DNA of 58,631 nucleotides, filler included, from Catajapyx aquilonaris (lineage: Eukaryota), in assembly GCA_000934665.2 (NCBI GenBank). It is 3 parts of 3 records of this genome, joined end to end, with 100 filler letters (N's around TTAATTAATTAA, not from the genome) between each part and the next. Parts side by side here need not be neighbours in the genome. Positions count along the whole stretch, not along the records: positions 1 to 19,498 come from KZ539539.1; 2 more parts are not named here. One strand, written 5' to 3'. This document shows positions 1-12,985 of the stretch, piece after piece. The position numbers were made by a program, and so were the translations under genes. The notes beneath the pieces are model-generated. The model saw only the letters and a program-made list of their open reading frames with translations, searched no databases and was not told the origin of the DNA. Positions within the stretch are counted from its first letter, which is position 1; each line of letters starts with the position of its first letter.

Positions 1-430
1 TTAATGACGCCACTTCCGCCTTGAGGTCCTATTGCGTCATCATTACATGTTGTTGTGGCTGTTGCCATTGGCACTGATTATTGGTGCGAATATTGTCAAC
101 TGTGATTGTTGAGAAATAAACAACGATTTCAGTCTGGCAATTGTCGACTGGCCACAGATACAAGCTGAAATCGTCGTTTATTTCTCAACAATCACAGTTG
201 ACAATATTCGCACCAATAATCAGTGCCAATGGCAACAGCCACAACAACATGTAATGATGACACAAGGGGACCTCAAGGCGGAAGTGACGTCATTAAACTT
301 CCGAAATCTTAAGGGCGTCGTACGCAAAAACTATGCAAGTTAGCCCAAAACTACTTCCACATCCCTATATTAGTTTTGCGAGTCCTATCAGGCTACCTGG
401 CGACTTTCCGCGAGTTTTTGAGCACCCTGT
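1..430. mobile_element. Tc1/mariner-type MITE (left end outside window) with long internal fold-back
   Basis: 1-133 is a near-perfect reverse complement of ~163-296. The element ends in ...gagcaccctg followed by TA (~428-430), matching a TACAGGGTG-type TIR. Confidence 0.65.
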
Positions 431-483
431 ATATTACTGTCTCCATAATTTTATACACATTTGCAAAAAGTTTTATATGCCAC

Positions 484-937
484 TTTTAATATGATAGACT
501 AGGAAAACACTCGCTCCGCTCGCATTTTCCTAGGGCGCAGCCGTGCAGGCCTAGAAAACCACTCGCTTCGCTCGCTCTTTTCTAGGCCTGCGGCCTGGGG
601 TACCAATTCGGCGCACCATATCGCCGGGGGAAGGGTGTAACGTTAACCCTCCAGCAGTCTTCGAACGGCCCGATTTAGTGAGAAGTGAGAACATCGTCTG
701 TCCTGTGTCTGTCGTTCCATAAAGGGAACTGACGACTCTGTCAACAACGTCACAGTAGTCCCAACTGGGCAACAATACAGAGAAAGGAATGGACAGTTTC
801 CCCGGCAACTCAACAGAGGAGTTGTTTACACCCCATTGCGCATAAGGAGAACACGGACCAATGGGGTGGCGGTAACAATACGCGGCGGACCAATCAGAGG
901 GCTCGGTCAAACACCGCAAGGATTTTAATATGATAGA
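484..937. mobile_element. Non-autonomous element bounded by 15-bp direct repeats, possibly Crypton-like
   Basis: TTTTAATATGATAGA occurs at 484-498 and 923-937. Two tandem hairpins carry ACTCGCT(C/T)CGCTCG loops (499-533, 546-590). There are no TIRs. Confidence 0.4.
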
Positions 938-2196
938 TGCACAAAATAATATGATGAACAAACATATCATAGCCTATAGGCCTACATATCGTACATTCCT
1001 CCTCTTGGAAAAGAAAACAGAATCATGGCCAAAGTACAAAATCCACATGTCGCCTATCATGTCCCAATCACTATAGGCCTACAAGCTGTACGCAAAGATA
1101 AGTAATTGCTGTACTAAGGCTCACTGTAAAGGCTGAGACGCTTGAATTTTTTAAAAAAAGGCCCGCAATGATTTTGTTCCAAGACTTCCAACCCATTCCA
1201 ACCAACGTTAATCTCCTCTAATGGAGCGCCCTAGACGGCTATTCTGGAAAGTGAGTATAAACTGCGAAGGGTTCTGCAGAGAGGCCCTCCCCGAGAGGAA
1301 GGCAGTGGCCCCGATCAGTCATGTGATGGGGGATGCCTCAAAGAGCATGTGGCATAAGCAGTGACTGGCACATCACAGTTACCGTGCTCGAAAAGGAACT
1401 AAAGATCCACGGAATTGCGGTAGATCTCATTTTTTAGGGGAGCGAGGACCGTGACATGACGAGGCTCAATTCCCTACCGACCATTATTAAGTTGGAGAAT
1501 ACACCTCGTTAGTGTTGGATGATTGATAGATAATTGGATATCTTTATCCACATTCTAGTGAGAGCAGCGAGGCGAATTGTGTTCCTCCTCATTATATGAG
1601 ATTGTGGTAAGTTAGTTGTTGGGGAGCGAGGCCCCGTGACGATGAGCAGCGGTGTCGTGGTCTGGCGTTGCTGGTGCACCACGTATGTAGTAGGCCTGGT
1701 CCGGACTGATATGAGCTGCGGGGCATCGGGACGGGTCGTCGTCGCCGCTGCCACGGTGCGTATTGTGGTGGCCTTTTGCCTTCTCTGGGTGGTTCCTCCT
1801 GTGCAACCATTAGCCAGTACACACTGTCTGCCCTCCCCAAACTACGTCCTACTACGGCCTTCACGTCATTCTGTCTGGATTGCAGGTGTGAGAGACATGC
1901 GTCGACGTCGTCCCCTGCATGCGCCACAAACCAGCACCTGCTACAGGAATGCCGCCACTTGGGACACCATCACGCTCACCACCACAACCACTGCTGCTGG
2001 TCATCCTTATCAGCTGCTGTTGGGTGCAGGTGGCAGGGACCAAGTGGCCCATATTTACAAATGGTAACATACACTTTCTCACCTGGCCATGGCCACTTGG
2101 GTTATGGAGATGGGAAGGTTGGATTAAGTAACCGGCTCCCCTAACTAGTTTGAGGGCTTATAGGCAGCAATACCACAGCAATACTAGGGTGGTTTT

Positions 2197-2529
2197 AGGG
2201 AGGCGGAGTGGCGCTACGGTAACGTATGTGCCCACTGATGTTAAGGTCTCGGGTTCGATCCTAGCCCGGGTTACCCCCTTCATCTCGTGCAGAGTTCGGG
2301 GTCATCTCTGGCTTCGTCTCGGGTGGTATCTCCTTTAAGACAAACCCCCCGGGGGGAGTTCACAAAATGACCACAGCAACGACATTGCACTGCACCTTGC
2401 ACATTCCCTCCTGCTCATCCCCTATCGCTCGTCGTACCCGGGCGTTTCGGAAAAGGACCAAAAGTGTATTTACTTGTACACCTAAAGGTACCGTGCCAGA
2501 TGCCCATCAATGGGCGGTGCACTTACCAC

Positions 2530-2577
<48 letters not shown>
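2197..2577 (+). mobile_element. tRNA-derived SINE (family 1)
   Basis: A-box-like TGGCGCTACGG (~2209), B-box GGTTCGATCC (~2252), (TTA)n tail at 2530-2577, and TSD TAGGGTGGTTT at 2185-2195 and 2578-2588. Confidence 0.8.
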
Positions 2578-2579
<2 letters not shown>

Positions 2580-2649
2580 GGGTGGTTTAAAAAAATGGCA
2601 CTTGATCAGTTGTTTTATCCCGTTGATGTTGGGATGACAGCAGTGTGAA

Positions 2650-3167
2650 CCATGCAAACACAAAATTGCTACATATACCCTAAGCAAGCTAAGCAAAGCT
2701 GATAAAGCCTAGAGAGAATTGCTACACATACGCCTTATTTACCGGTAGTTATTTAGGCTACTGTTCCGTACCAAAAGTAATAAACAAATACAAAGAGGAA
2801 AAAAGTTTATTTACCTCAGAAGAAAGCTACAAAGACAGGCAAGGCAAAATTTATATTAAAAAACTGGTAGCTATAATATAATCCGCGCACCGAAGTGATC
2901 GGAAAATAAGTTTTGGCCAGGTGTTATGAAATATGTGTGTACGGCTGTGATTATTTTCAGAAACATCCAAGATGGTGTAGCAACATTTAGGCCCACTTGA
3001 TTGGGAAAAAAACTGCTACATTTGAGGACTTTGGTTTTTTGACTGCCCCGAGGTCAAAAACAAATCAAAGACAAAATGAATGCCCATTATGAGTTACTTG
3101 TGACCTAAGGAATGAATATGATGATGAATTTCCATGGACAAAAACAGTCAAATTTTGTTGCATAGTG
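2650..3167. mobile_element. Non-autonomous Chapaev3/Transib-like DNA transposon remnant
   Basis: The right end ...aaattttgttgCATAGTG followed by TAA resembles the TIR of the Chapaev3 element at 26558 (aaatttgttaCATAGTG-taa). The left end is degenerate. Confidence 0.45.
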
Positions 3168-3619
3168 TAATGTAGGCTAACTTATGTGAAAACCTCGCCA
3201 TATGCCGGCATGCCAGTATAGCCACCAGATCATGCATTTCTAAAAACTGGTCGACCTCGACTACACTGGCATGCCGCTTTATGAGAGGTAATAGGTATGA
3301 AAATATGTATTGTCAGAATTGCCAAGACAAGGACAAAAATAGAGTCGTTTACAAATGAAATCCTGCTGGGCAGAGGATTGAAATTTTTGTGTGTGCCAAG
3401 GCCATGCGGCAGCATTGACCTTGACGGTGTATATGTGGTCATATTTCATGATTTCCATTCATAGGTGAATGGTGGTGTCATAATATGATATGTATTATTG
3501 TATATTATGTTGAGCAATGCAATCATACTGCATTACCCTGCATAATACAAGCATGCTAATCATTATTATTATTATAACAGAGTGACCAATTTTTAAAAGC
3601 ATTTGCACCTTTTTTCCAG

Positions 3620-6600
3620 ATCTGAAAGTGAAAGTGACATGTGATGGTCCTGCTGTTTTGGATGCACCTATAACATTTAATGCCAGTATATATGATAGTT
3701 ATGGAAGCGATACTTCACATACTCAGTTTTTCTTTGTGTTTTCGGATGATACTAAGCAACAACATAAGATGACGGTAAGGCGCATGCTGCATTTTAAAAT
3801 TGTTACATTGCTAAGAAACCTGTAGCACTTCCTTTGTAGTTTTTTCCTGATCATTCTTCCTTTGTAATTTTCATATCATTCTCCCATTGAACTCGACTAT
3901 AATTAATAAACAGTGAAATATGTCTGTAGTGAGGCCTGAATATAGTGGAAACTAGTCTACTGCTGAGAAGTTTTGAAGGTCGGTCAGTGAGATAGTGTTT
4001 CCTGTCTCCTTTTGTCAGGTACAGTGAAACTAATACAGAAATGGACTGAAATTTTAGGTTCCTCAGTAAGGAAAACACTTTGTATAGTGGCATTAATAAT
4101 GCATTAAAGGCCATGCCGCTACTTCAGTGAGTCAGGATATGGAGATGTGAATGGATGAGAAAAATCGTCCATGTCTGATATAGAGTGGGTACTGGAACGG
4201 AGTTATTCCACTGCAGTCTATGCAGGTTTTAATAGTATGCCATTCCACAGATGTTTTACTTTCTATATTTAAAAAAACAACAACAACAACAACATCACGA
4301 CATTTCCCTATGAGGGGTAGTCAGCGATGAAGGGAGACGCAAGCTAACCCAACATATGAACTAATAAAACTCATGAAAATAAACCTAAAAACAACCTGTT
4401 CCCACCCCCCACCCCTGCCCACCTCAGACATCACCTTATCCTCAGACATATTTACCTAGTTACCCATTAATTAACCTACGCCATTTACACCTATCCAAAC
4501 AAACAACCCTAGCCTCAGCCACGTCCATGGTCCTATTGACACAAGAACGTCTCGGCTTAACACTAGCAACACCCTTAAGACATTGCCCCACCTGGTCCAA
4601 CCATGTCTTCCTAGGCCTCCCCTTGCCCCTCTTACCAACTACTCCACCCAAATAAACCTTCTTCACAATCTCCTCCTCCTTCATCCTCTCCACATGGCCA
4701 AACCACCTTAGAGTAGACCTACACACCTTATCTTTAACTAAAAAAAACCTATAAAAAAACAAGCCTGGGGGATATTGTCTTACCTTGCTTTACCCTGCTT
4801 CTAATGCCCTGGAAGTATAAAACAAGGTTCAATCAGGGGTCAGTGTACCCTAGGGACATGGCTCACCCAGTCACCTGTGTAAAGTGGGGTAATTTTGTGA
4901 TTTCACAAACAGCTTTAAATGATTTCTTCCTTGAAATGGGGGCTTGGGCAGTTGACCCCCTTGTGTACATGTAGTAGTGTGTGCTACTTAACGGACATCA
5001 TTTGTGTGTTTGAATGCGATGTGGCAATCGGTTATAGGCTGCATTTTTTTTTCAGACTGATCCTAGTGAAGCAACTAGTGTTACTTATACAGTAACATAT
5101 CCAGCCTCCGAGTACAGGGCCAGACTTTACACAATGTTTGTTGATGCTTACTGGCAGTTCTGGACTATGAAATACAAGATTGGATCTGCACATGTTCAAT
5201 ACAACATCACAGGTGAGCTTTGCTACATAAATTTGTGGTGAAAAAGTCACCTTACACAGCACAGTAATATTGTGCTAGTCGTTTGTGGGGGGCTCTGGGG
5301 TATATTGCATTTTGGATAATGATGGCTGAGTTTCATGTTTTCAATTTTCCCCTATTTTACAGATAACTTAATGGGTGGAATTGAAGTTAACCAACGAGGG
5401 AAAAGCTGCCGTGAGAACTGTGACGTGTCAACTTCCAGTGAAACTGAGTTCAGGGCATTGCTGTATGATCCATTCAATTTTTTTCATACAAATGCAACCC
5501 TTACCTACTTCTGGCTGGTGGACCATATCAACTATGGGCCCAGGAGGGAGAATTATCTCAGGTGGAACTTCACCAAGCAGAGCACCTACACAGTTGAGGC
5601 CATTGTTGTCGCAGAACTCAATAATACTGATGATGGAACAGAAAAGGAGGACATTGGTGGTAACTCAACTGTATCAGACTTTACAGGAAAAGACACTCGG
5701 ATAGGGATTTTTCAGATGGAGGTGGATGCAGAAGGTAGGCATTGTTGGCAGTAAATGCATTTTTCATTTTAAGCTGACCTTGGCTTGTACCTGTACTGTA
5801 GTAGGTTATATTTTTTTCCTCCATGACTGGAAGTGAATGTCACAGGTATTTGTTATTTCACAGATCCAGTGAGCAGTGTGGTTGTATCTGGTCAGACTTG
5901 GCTGAAGCATGGGGATTTGCTCAACTTGAATGTCTCCTGCAAGGGCACCCCACCCTGGAGCTATTGTTTCCACATTAGGTCTGGATCTCACAATGTTACA
6001 GGTGTGTGTAAATATACTGATGTTGTGTTATAATTGTAATTACCTCATGAAGTGTAAAATGGTGAAGGAATTTTACGTGATAAAATGCTGTTATTTGGAA
6101 CTTGCTTACGTGATGCATGAATATTGCTTCACATACCGGTATTGCTGTTGTGATGCAATTAGTGTTTGCAGTAAACATGTTTCAAACAGCTGTTATTAAT
6201 TTATTGCTATATTTTAATTTACTGTTATATTGCACTATATGATTAGCATGAAATATTGTAGGTCTTCTAGGTATTATTAGACCATTTTCATTCATAATAA
6301 CAGCCTAATAATGTGACATACACGCATTTGGACAAATTGCTGCTTATGGGACTGTTTAGAAGAACTGTACACTCAATCTTTGCAGGGCTGTTGCTCCTAA
6401 AGCAACAAAATGCCAGGTGACTTTTTGATGTAGAATATTACTCTGTCTTCTACCTATAGCATCAAGCTTGTCTTTTATTATTACACTTGGTAATTAAACC
6501 CTTGTCATCTGAATTATCCCACAGATAATGAGACCTGTACCAGTACTGAGACAACAACTACAACTGATTGTCAGTTCTTCATAATCCGCTACTTCCCAAA

Positions 6601-9600
6601 AGCCACTTCCTACACTGTGGCGGTTGTGATTGAAAATGATGTCAGCAAGAAGGTCCAGGGCATTCCAATCAACATATACTTTGGTAACTTTGCATGGCTG
6701 TGTTTTTCATTGTTGTCATTTAACAGTTAAATTTGTCTGCAGCAGACCCCAGACTCAGCAGAAACTGCCTGTTATGGAACATGATTTTGCTTGGTCCCAG
6801 TGCAGGATTTACTACTGATTTTTGTCACATATAATAGCAACCTGTTTAGTGGATAACTATTTTGTACAGTAGAACAGCAAATCCATGCTAGACAAATTTC
6901 TTTGTAGAGATTATTTATGTTTGTTAGGCAGAATCTCATTTAACCCTAGGGTGCCCAGTGATGTGCAAGAAGTTCTTCCTCTGGTGACGTGGGCACTTTT
7001 TGTGACCAAGTCACAATTTTTGTTATAACGTGGGAAATGTAACACATGTGGTTACTTCATCTTTGAAACGATCTTGGGTTGATTCCTTCTGCAATGAATG
7101 GCATTTAGTTTATAATTTTTTAGCAGATAGTACGATCGTTAAAAAATCAATTTTGCACTGATATTTGGGACCATAATGCGCGCGTATCACCTGAGAGGCG
7201 GAGCAGGTTTCCTTTAGAAAGCCCAAAACCAGAGCTGGCTTCATGAATCACTAAGCTTTCCAGAGGGGGGACCTGAGCGTATCAGTACTGATAAGCTCAG
7301 GTCCCCCCTCTGTAAAGCAGGAATTGATGGAATGCAGTCTTGACCTCAACTACACATCTGTACATGAGAATTTTTTTCCTGATTGTGCTATTTACTGGTA
7401 AGCAACCTAACCTCTGGGGGAACAGCATAAGACCCCTTTACAGACCTTGTACTTGCACCGTATGTTCCCGCCTCAAAAATCCCTATCCTTACCCATGTCC
7501 CTGTCTCCTTGCACCGGTGAGCGAAGAAGAAAGAAAAAAAAGTAGAGAGTTACTAGAAAACTGAAGGTGGTGTGCCACCGCCCTGAAAAGGCTCCGCCTT
7601 ATCACGTGGTAATATTTAAACAAAATCATCTTAAGATTTAAACTAAATGCCATTAATTACAGAGGGAATCAAACTAAGATGTCCTAAAAGATGAAGCTCA
7701 TATGTGGTAGATTTTCAATGTTATAGCCAAAATAGTGGCGTTAGTCACAAAAAGGCCGACGTCACCATGGGAGGGTTAAGTAGGCTTATTTGTTATTGTA
7801 TTTTTGAACTGACTTTATTTTCTGTTGTACATGCTTTTGTACTGCTAATTGGTTTCTGTCAGTGGATATTAATTTTCTTTTTCTTGTTTTTCAGTGAGCA
7901 AGCAGCAACAACTCTCAGTGATAATAATTCCCCTGACCTGCACTGTGTTTGCAGTGATTATAGTTATCTTTGGGGTTGCATACTACATTCAGAATAGAAG
8001 AAGGTATGTTCCAGCATGTCCGAATTTTAATTACCTCAGGCATACCTATTTTGGCATGTAACAAATTGGAGGTTCATCATTTCTGTAATGTGTGAACTGA
8101 TTAAGTGTATGAGGATCTCAAAATGGAGCATTAGCAGTTTTCTTGATTGTGTTTGATGAGAATATCAAGGCAAATTGTCTGGCACATTAGCAAGCATGGT
8201 AAGAGAGGGAATGGTACAGTGCTGGACATATTAGCCGTCGCTGAATGTTTTTTTCTGGCGGCGGCGGCGTTACCTGGCAACCCTGTCCGGCGGGCCAATT
8301 CAAACATGAGCCCATGGAGAGCGCTTCCATTGTTGCCACTGTTTACAGATCGAGTGAGTGACACGGACGACCCAGCGACGGGTCTCTTCCGCCTGCGCAC
8401 TCACTCACTCGATTTGTAAACAGTGTCAACAATGGAAATCGCTCTCCATGGGATGGTGTTTGAATTGCCCCGCCGGACGGGGTTGCCAGGTAACTCCGCC
8501 TCCGCCGGAAAAAAACATTCAACGATGGCTATTATGTCCAGCACTGTACAGTCAAGTTTTGCAACCTAAATAAGCAAAATTGGACATGTGCCATTTTATT
8601 CACAACATTAGGTACGTTCACACGAGCGTGAAATTCCTAGGAACGTGCCTGGAAAGTTGAATTCCAGGTTTTGTCACCCCTTCCAAAGAGGAAAGTACAA
8701 ACTCGGAATGTCTGCCCCAAGTTGGAAAAGATTCCTAGTTGGAGAAAGTAGGAATCTCACTCCAACATGGAAAGTGGGGTCACGTGACTTATGAGCGCAT
8801 GCGCTTCATGGGCGCTCACCACCTCCCCCCTGCTCCATTCTCCCCTCTTGTTGGGTTGCGCGGGTGGTGCGTTTCATCTGTTTTAACCTGGCTAGTGTGG
8901 ACTACTGTCACTGGGAAGTTGGAAATCAGTCACTTGGAATCTACTTTCCAGCACTTTCCTAGGAATTTTGCGCCCATGTGAATGTACCTATTATGTGTAA
9001 CTATCAGGATATCCGGCGTTGCTCGGGTTATGAAAAACTTTTCCACAGCAGTAACTCATTGATAACTACATGGTATCATACATATACCAGACCTTATACA
9101 CGTTATACCTTCCCCTACCCCTAATCATTCCCCTGGGGCATATGTCGAGGCCTTCGTATGGATTTGAAGAGCAGACAACGGGATATACGTTGTGAAATAT
9201 GTATTAGATGACCATATTCAGTACCTTGATTAATTTTAGCAATGTAAACTGTGCATAGAAATTGGGAGGTCAGTGATGTGACCTTTGAAGCATGACCAGT
9301 GAGAGAAATCTGAAGGAAATAGCCATGTGCACCTATACGTAGAGAAAAAAGAGTTTCCGATTGAAAAAACCTTTTATTAATCCTGAAACATAACCCCACC
9401 TGTCCCACACATATCCTTGCCTTCGTTCTGCTCACATACTCGTACAGTTGACCTCTTGACCAGAATTATTAAGAAGCAATAAGAATGAAAACAATATACA
9501 GACTATACTATACTGTGAGATGCAAGAATAGATCAACAAAATAGTAGATTGGGTCTAGTTTTCTCGGCTCTGTCTAAATTACTGCATTATGTTATCAGTA

Positions 9601-10452
9601 CCAGAGTTGCTATGCCTGTTACAGACACAGGAGTATGCATTATTGTGGCTCTCTACCAACATCAAGTTAATCTAAATTATCAATATGGCAAAAATCAACG
9701 TAGAAATCATCCGAGGGGTGTTCAGAAAGTCTATACACTTCTTTTTCGGCAGATAGGCACACATTATCAATAGAACCCTGCTGGAGTCGAATGCACTAGC
9801 ACCATGGGTGTGGCACACTCACTCCCGGACAACTGCTTCCTGTTCAACAATGTCCTGGAAAGGGCATCAGTGAAGGGGGTTTTTCATGGCTCTGAACAGT
9901 TGAAAGTCACTGGGGGCCAGGCCAGGGGGGTCCGGCAGGTGTGGAAGCACCGAAAGCCAGATCTATTTAAAAAAACCTTTGCCAAAACCATTTGCAGGAC
10001 ATTGTGACAGTTGTTGACAGTGTGCAATTGTCCGGGAGTAGGTATGCCACACCTCCAAAAAGTTGTTCCAGGAGCCCTGGAGAGGTTACCACACCCATGG
10101 CTCCTGTGCATTCAGCTCCAGGAGGTTTATTTCGATAATGTGTGCCTATCGGCCAACCTGCATGGGCCCTGTATTTGTGGCAAAAAAATAAAGTGTAAAG
10201 ACTTTCCGAACGCCCCTCGTAGTGTAACTTGTAGTTGCTTCATCAAGTCTCTCTTTCCTTCATTTCAGATTTAGTGTGGAAGTAGCAGATTTTGACTTTG
10301 GGCAGAGTGAAGACATTGAATATAAAACCTTTTATGAGCATCTACAAGAGTCCATTGTTGGTGCTTTCAAGAGAAATCCTCGTGGAGATGAGGAGCCTCT
10401 TTGCGATGACAACAATGTGAGGTATGGGACCTTTTCTAGGTACAAGATGTAG
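3620..10452 (+). CDS. TMEM130: Transmembrane protein 130-like (PKD-like ectodomain, single TM); 5' exon(s) not located
   Basis: Phase-consistent GT-AG exons 3620-3774, 5056-5212, 5363-5734, 5864-6001, 6525-6683, 7895-8003 and 10269-10452 (TAG). They translate to DLKVKVTCDGPAVLDAPITFNA...TYFWLVDHINYG...CKGTPPWSYC...IENDVSKK, a TM segment LSVIIIPLTCTVFAVIIVIFGVAYYI, and the cytoplasmic VEVADFDF motif characteristic of TMEM130. Confidence 0.88.
4278..4740 (-). mobile_element. RTE-clade LINE 3' fragment (intronic)
   Basis: LRWFGHVERM...KRGKGRPRKTWLDQV is the conserved C-terminus of RTE ORF2. A (TTG)n tail lies at 4278-4293. Confidence 0.85.
6944..7775. mobile_element. piggyBac-type MITE containing a SINE 3' fragment (~7400-7610)
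   Basis: TTAA-CCCT...AGGG-TTAA ends, long imperfect inverted arms (7043-7113 vs 7638-7706), and an internal segment sharing GCAACCTAACCTC, ATCCCTATCC and GGTGGTGTGCCACC with the SINE at 13401. Confidence 0.7.
8217..8546. mobile_element. Fold-back Tc1/mariner-type MITE
   Basis: TA-CAGTGCTGGACATA...TATGTCCAGCACTG-TA, with ~145-bp inverted arms. Confidence 0.8.
8611..8988. mobile_element. MITE (PIF/Harbinger-like termini)
   Basis: GGTACGTTCACAC...GTGAATGTACC imperfect TIRs of ~55 bp, flanked by TA. Confidence 0.65.
9712..10219 (-). mobile_element. Internally deleted mariner element
   Basis: TIRs CGAGGGGTGTTCAGAAAGTCT and AGACTTTCCGAACGCCCCTCG-TA. The minus strand retains a LAPSDFQLFRAMK remnant of the mariner YSPDLAPSDF motif (~9885-9930). 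Confidence 0.8.
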
Positions 10453-10634
10453 TGAAATCATCTCTCTTTATTGGGGTTATGAGAAAAGAATTATGGTACT
10501 CATCACCTTCCAAGCATGAGCTTTTCTTCTTTTGCTGTGTACAGTACATTTTAGAACGAGTGTAGTATGAGTGCTTGGGCTTATGCAATGATTAGTGTTG
10601 GTCATGGTGGGTAATGGTTTAATGCCTCTACAGA

Positions 10635-11118
10635 ATGATCAGTAAATGGCACACAAGCTTCACATGATGAGATTCCTTGGGAAAAACCAGTATAGGTAGG
10701 TAAGAGTCAGAATGCCCTATGATGCATGGTTAGGGCTCACGAGGCCTCCAAAAGTTGGAGCCAAATCATGACGTCACGTCCGCCCACGAAATTCAAGACA
10801 CTACCGTATCGCTACTGTACGTGACGCGTTGCCATGTCGCCGACCCCCATATACCCACCCATTCCCACCTACTTCCCACCCAACACTTGAACCTTACAAA
10901 CTCGGGGGACGGCGACATGACAACGTATCGTATGCAGTAGCGATATGGTAGTGTTTTAATTTTGCAGGCGGACGGGATGTCAGGATTTGGCTCCAACTTT
11001 CGGAGGCCTCGTGAGCCCAATCCACTCATCGTAGGGCACTCTGACCTTCACTTACCTATACTGGTTTTTCACAAGGAATCTCATTACGTGAAGCTTGTGC
11101 ACCATTTACCAACCATTT
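10635..11118. repeat. ~480-bp fold-back inverted repeat (MITE-like) downstream of the TMEM130 stop
   Basis: 10635-10850 pairs with ~10903-11118 (e.g. CACAAGCTTCAC/GTGAAGCTTGTG, GGGCTCACGAGGCCTCC/GGAGGCCTCGTGAGCCC). Confidence 0.8.
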
Positions 11119-12552
11119 AACAAGCAGGAACTGACAAGCTAGTTTTTTGTCCTGTCCTTTTAACAAAAAAGAATGTCATTACTGACAGTTGGGTTAGTTT
11201 ATGAGATAAGGGCATAAATGAACAGACTCAGGTTTACATCATGTCAGTGCCTCTCTGGTTGGAGCTACAGTCATACCATGTAATTATTTCAGCAGAGTTA
11301 GAGCAGGTTAGAGTGAAAGTCCCTGTCATTGTTTCCATGGCAACTTAAATACTGGGAAATTTTTTAGAAAAGACAAACAGCATTGCCTGCATGACATAAT
11401 GCTCATAGGTGTTTTTTTTCATTTGAAGTGTGAAAATATTATTATAAGTATAAGGATTTTAATATAGATTATTCAGCATATTTATTTTAAAGGAGTGAGG
11501 GTTTTCAATAGTTACTTGTTTTTAACACTTTTTTATTATTTTTTTGTATAATGGATTTATATAAAACTTCATTTGGTATGTATCACGCACATCCATGAAA
11601 TTAGTTATGCTTATTTTGTACCTTGGTTGGCAAATAAATGATTTGGCTGTGTAGCTGCATGACATGGAATTTTATTGCTTTCAGTTTCTCTAAATCGTCA
11701 CTTGGATCACTTCCTGGAGCCAATCTATTTCTGCCTCTTAATGCACATACGCATGACTAACCAGCTAACTTCAAGCATCATTTTCCACTTGGTTTGTTCT
11801 TTGAATTGGTGCCATGATCTTATTTCTTCTCAAATTGGTTCAAGAGATGCTTGCACAGTTGTATCTGCAATTTTATTTCTTTCAGCTCAATTGAAACAGC
11901 ATGAAGCGGAGCCTTAATACCAAAGTGTGAAGTAATTTAAGTGAAGTACTGTATTTGGATTGCCAAGTTTGAGTGTACCAAAATGCAAATCAGAGATGAT
12001 ATATTTTCATTAAGGGCTGTAAATATTTCTCATGGTGTAATTATTTGAAATAATAACTGTGACATGGTAAATGTCCTGTGAATTAATGTGTACTAAATAA
12101 ACATTTGAACTTAATCTGTTTGTAGTGAAAGCAAGAAATAAGTTGTTTGTCATTTTGTCCAGTGCAATGTTGCAGAATTGAACCAGGTGGTGAGTAACTG
12201 TAGCCTATATTGAAATATTTTACATTGTACTAAACTCCTGAGTTAGTTGTGGGGCAAAATTTGGTTACTTGTTTTATCAATGGATACTTCCAGGATGCTC
12301 CTGAGTTATGTTGGCTGCCTGGTTGCAGTCATGAGGGAGTGCTGCTTGCATGCCATCTTCGCTTCTTTCATCTGCGATATGTCTTCTGACTTTTCATTCC
12401 AGAGCAGCAAAATAGTCGTAATAATTTTGTTGATGAGTGCTTTTGCTATCATAGATGGTTTGATGAGATGATAGCTCAGCTGTTCTCAACCTATGCCACA
12501 TTGGGGGCTTCTGGAAATTAATTTCTCTCTCTCCCCCCCCCCCCATTCGTCC

Positions 12553-12650
12553 NNNNNNNNNNNNNNNNNNNNNNNNNNNNNNNNNNNNNNNNNNNNNNNN
12601 NNNNNNNNNNNNNNNNNNNNNNNNNNNNNNNNNNNNNNNNNNNNNNNNNN
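12553..12650. other. Assembly gap (N run)
   Basis: Run of N. Confidence 0.99.
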
Positions 12651-12878
12651 AGGAAACTCTTCAGCATGGAGGGCATAAGATCCAGTATGAGAGGGTGCGA
12701 AAGTCCCCACCCATATGCTATATTTTAGCATGTCAAAATTGCCTCCAGAATGGCAAAGGGGGAAGATCTAGACTTACACCTTTTCCATGCTGAAATTGCT
12801 GCTTCGGAATGAAAATGCACTTGGTCCATCGTGTCATTATTCGGTAAATACCTACATGTATTCAGGAAAATGTTGAAG

Positions 12879-12985
12879 TAAAGGGACGGGACTTACATCC
12901 TTTTCATTCTGAAAGATGGCAGGATGAGAAAATCTGCCATCCTCCCATCTTTCAGAATGAAAAGGACGTAAGTCCCGTCCCTTTA
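12879..12985. repeat. Short palindromic MITE-like element
   Basis: TAAAGGGACGGGACTTACATCCTTTTCATTCTGAAAGATGG...CCATCTTTCAGAATGAAAAGGACGTAAGTCCCGTCCCTTTA. Confidence 0.7.

Noticed and set aside
551..970. ORF with a signal-peptide-like start as the TMEM130 first exon
   Set aside because: It is on the wrong strand and lies within a repeat element.
2367..2648. ORF with poly-Leu 'transmembrane' segment
   Set aside because: It is the translation of the SINE (TTA)n tail.
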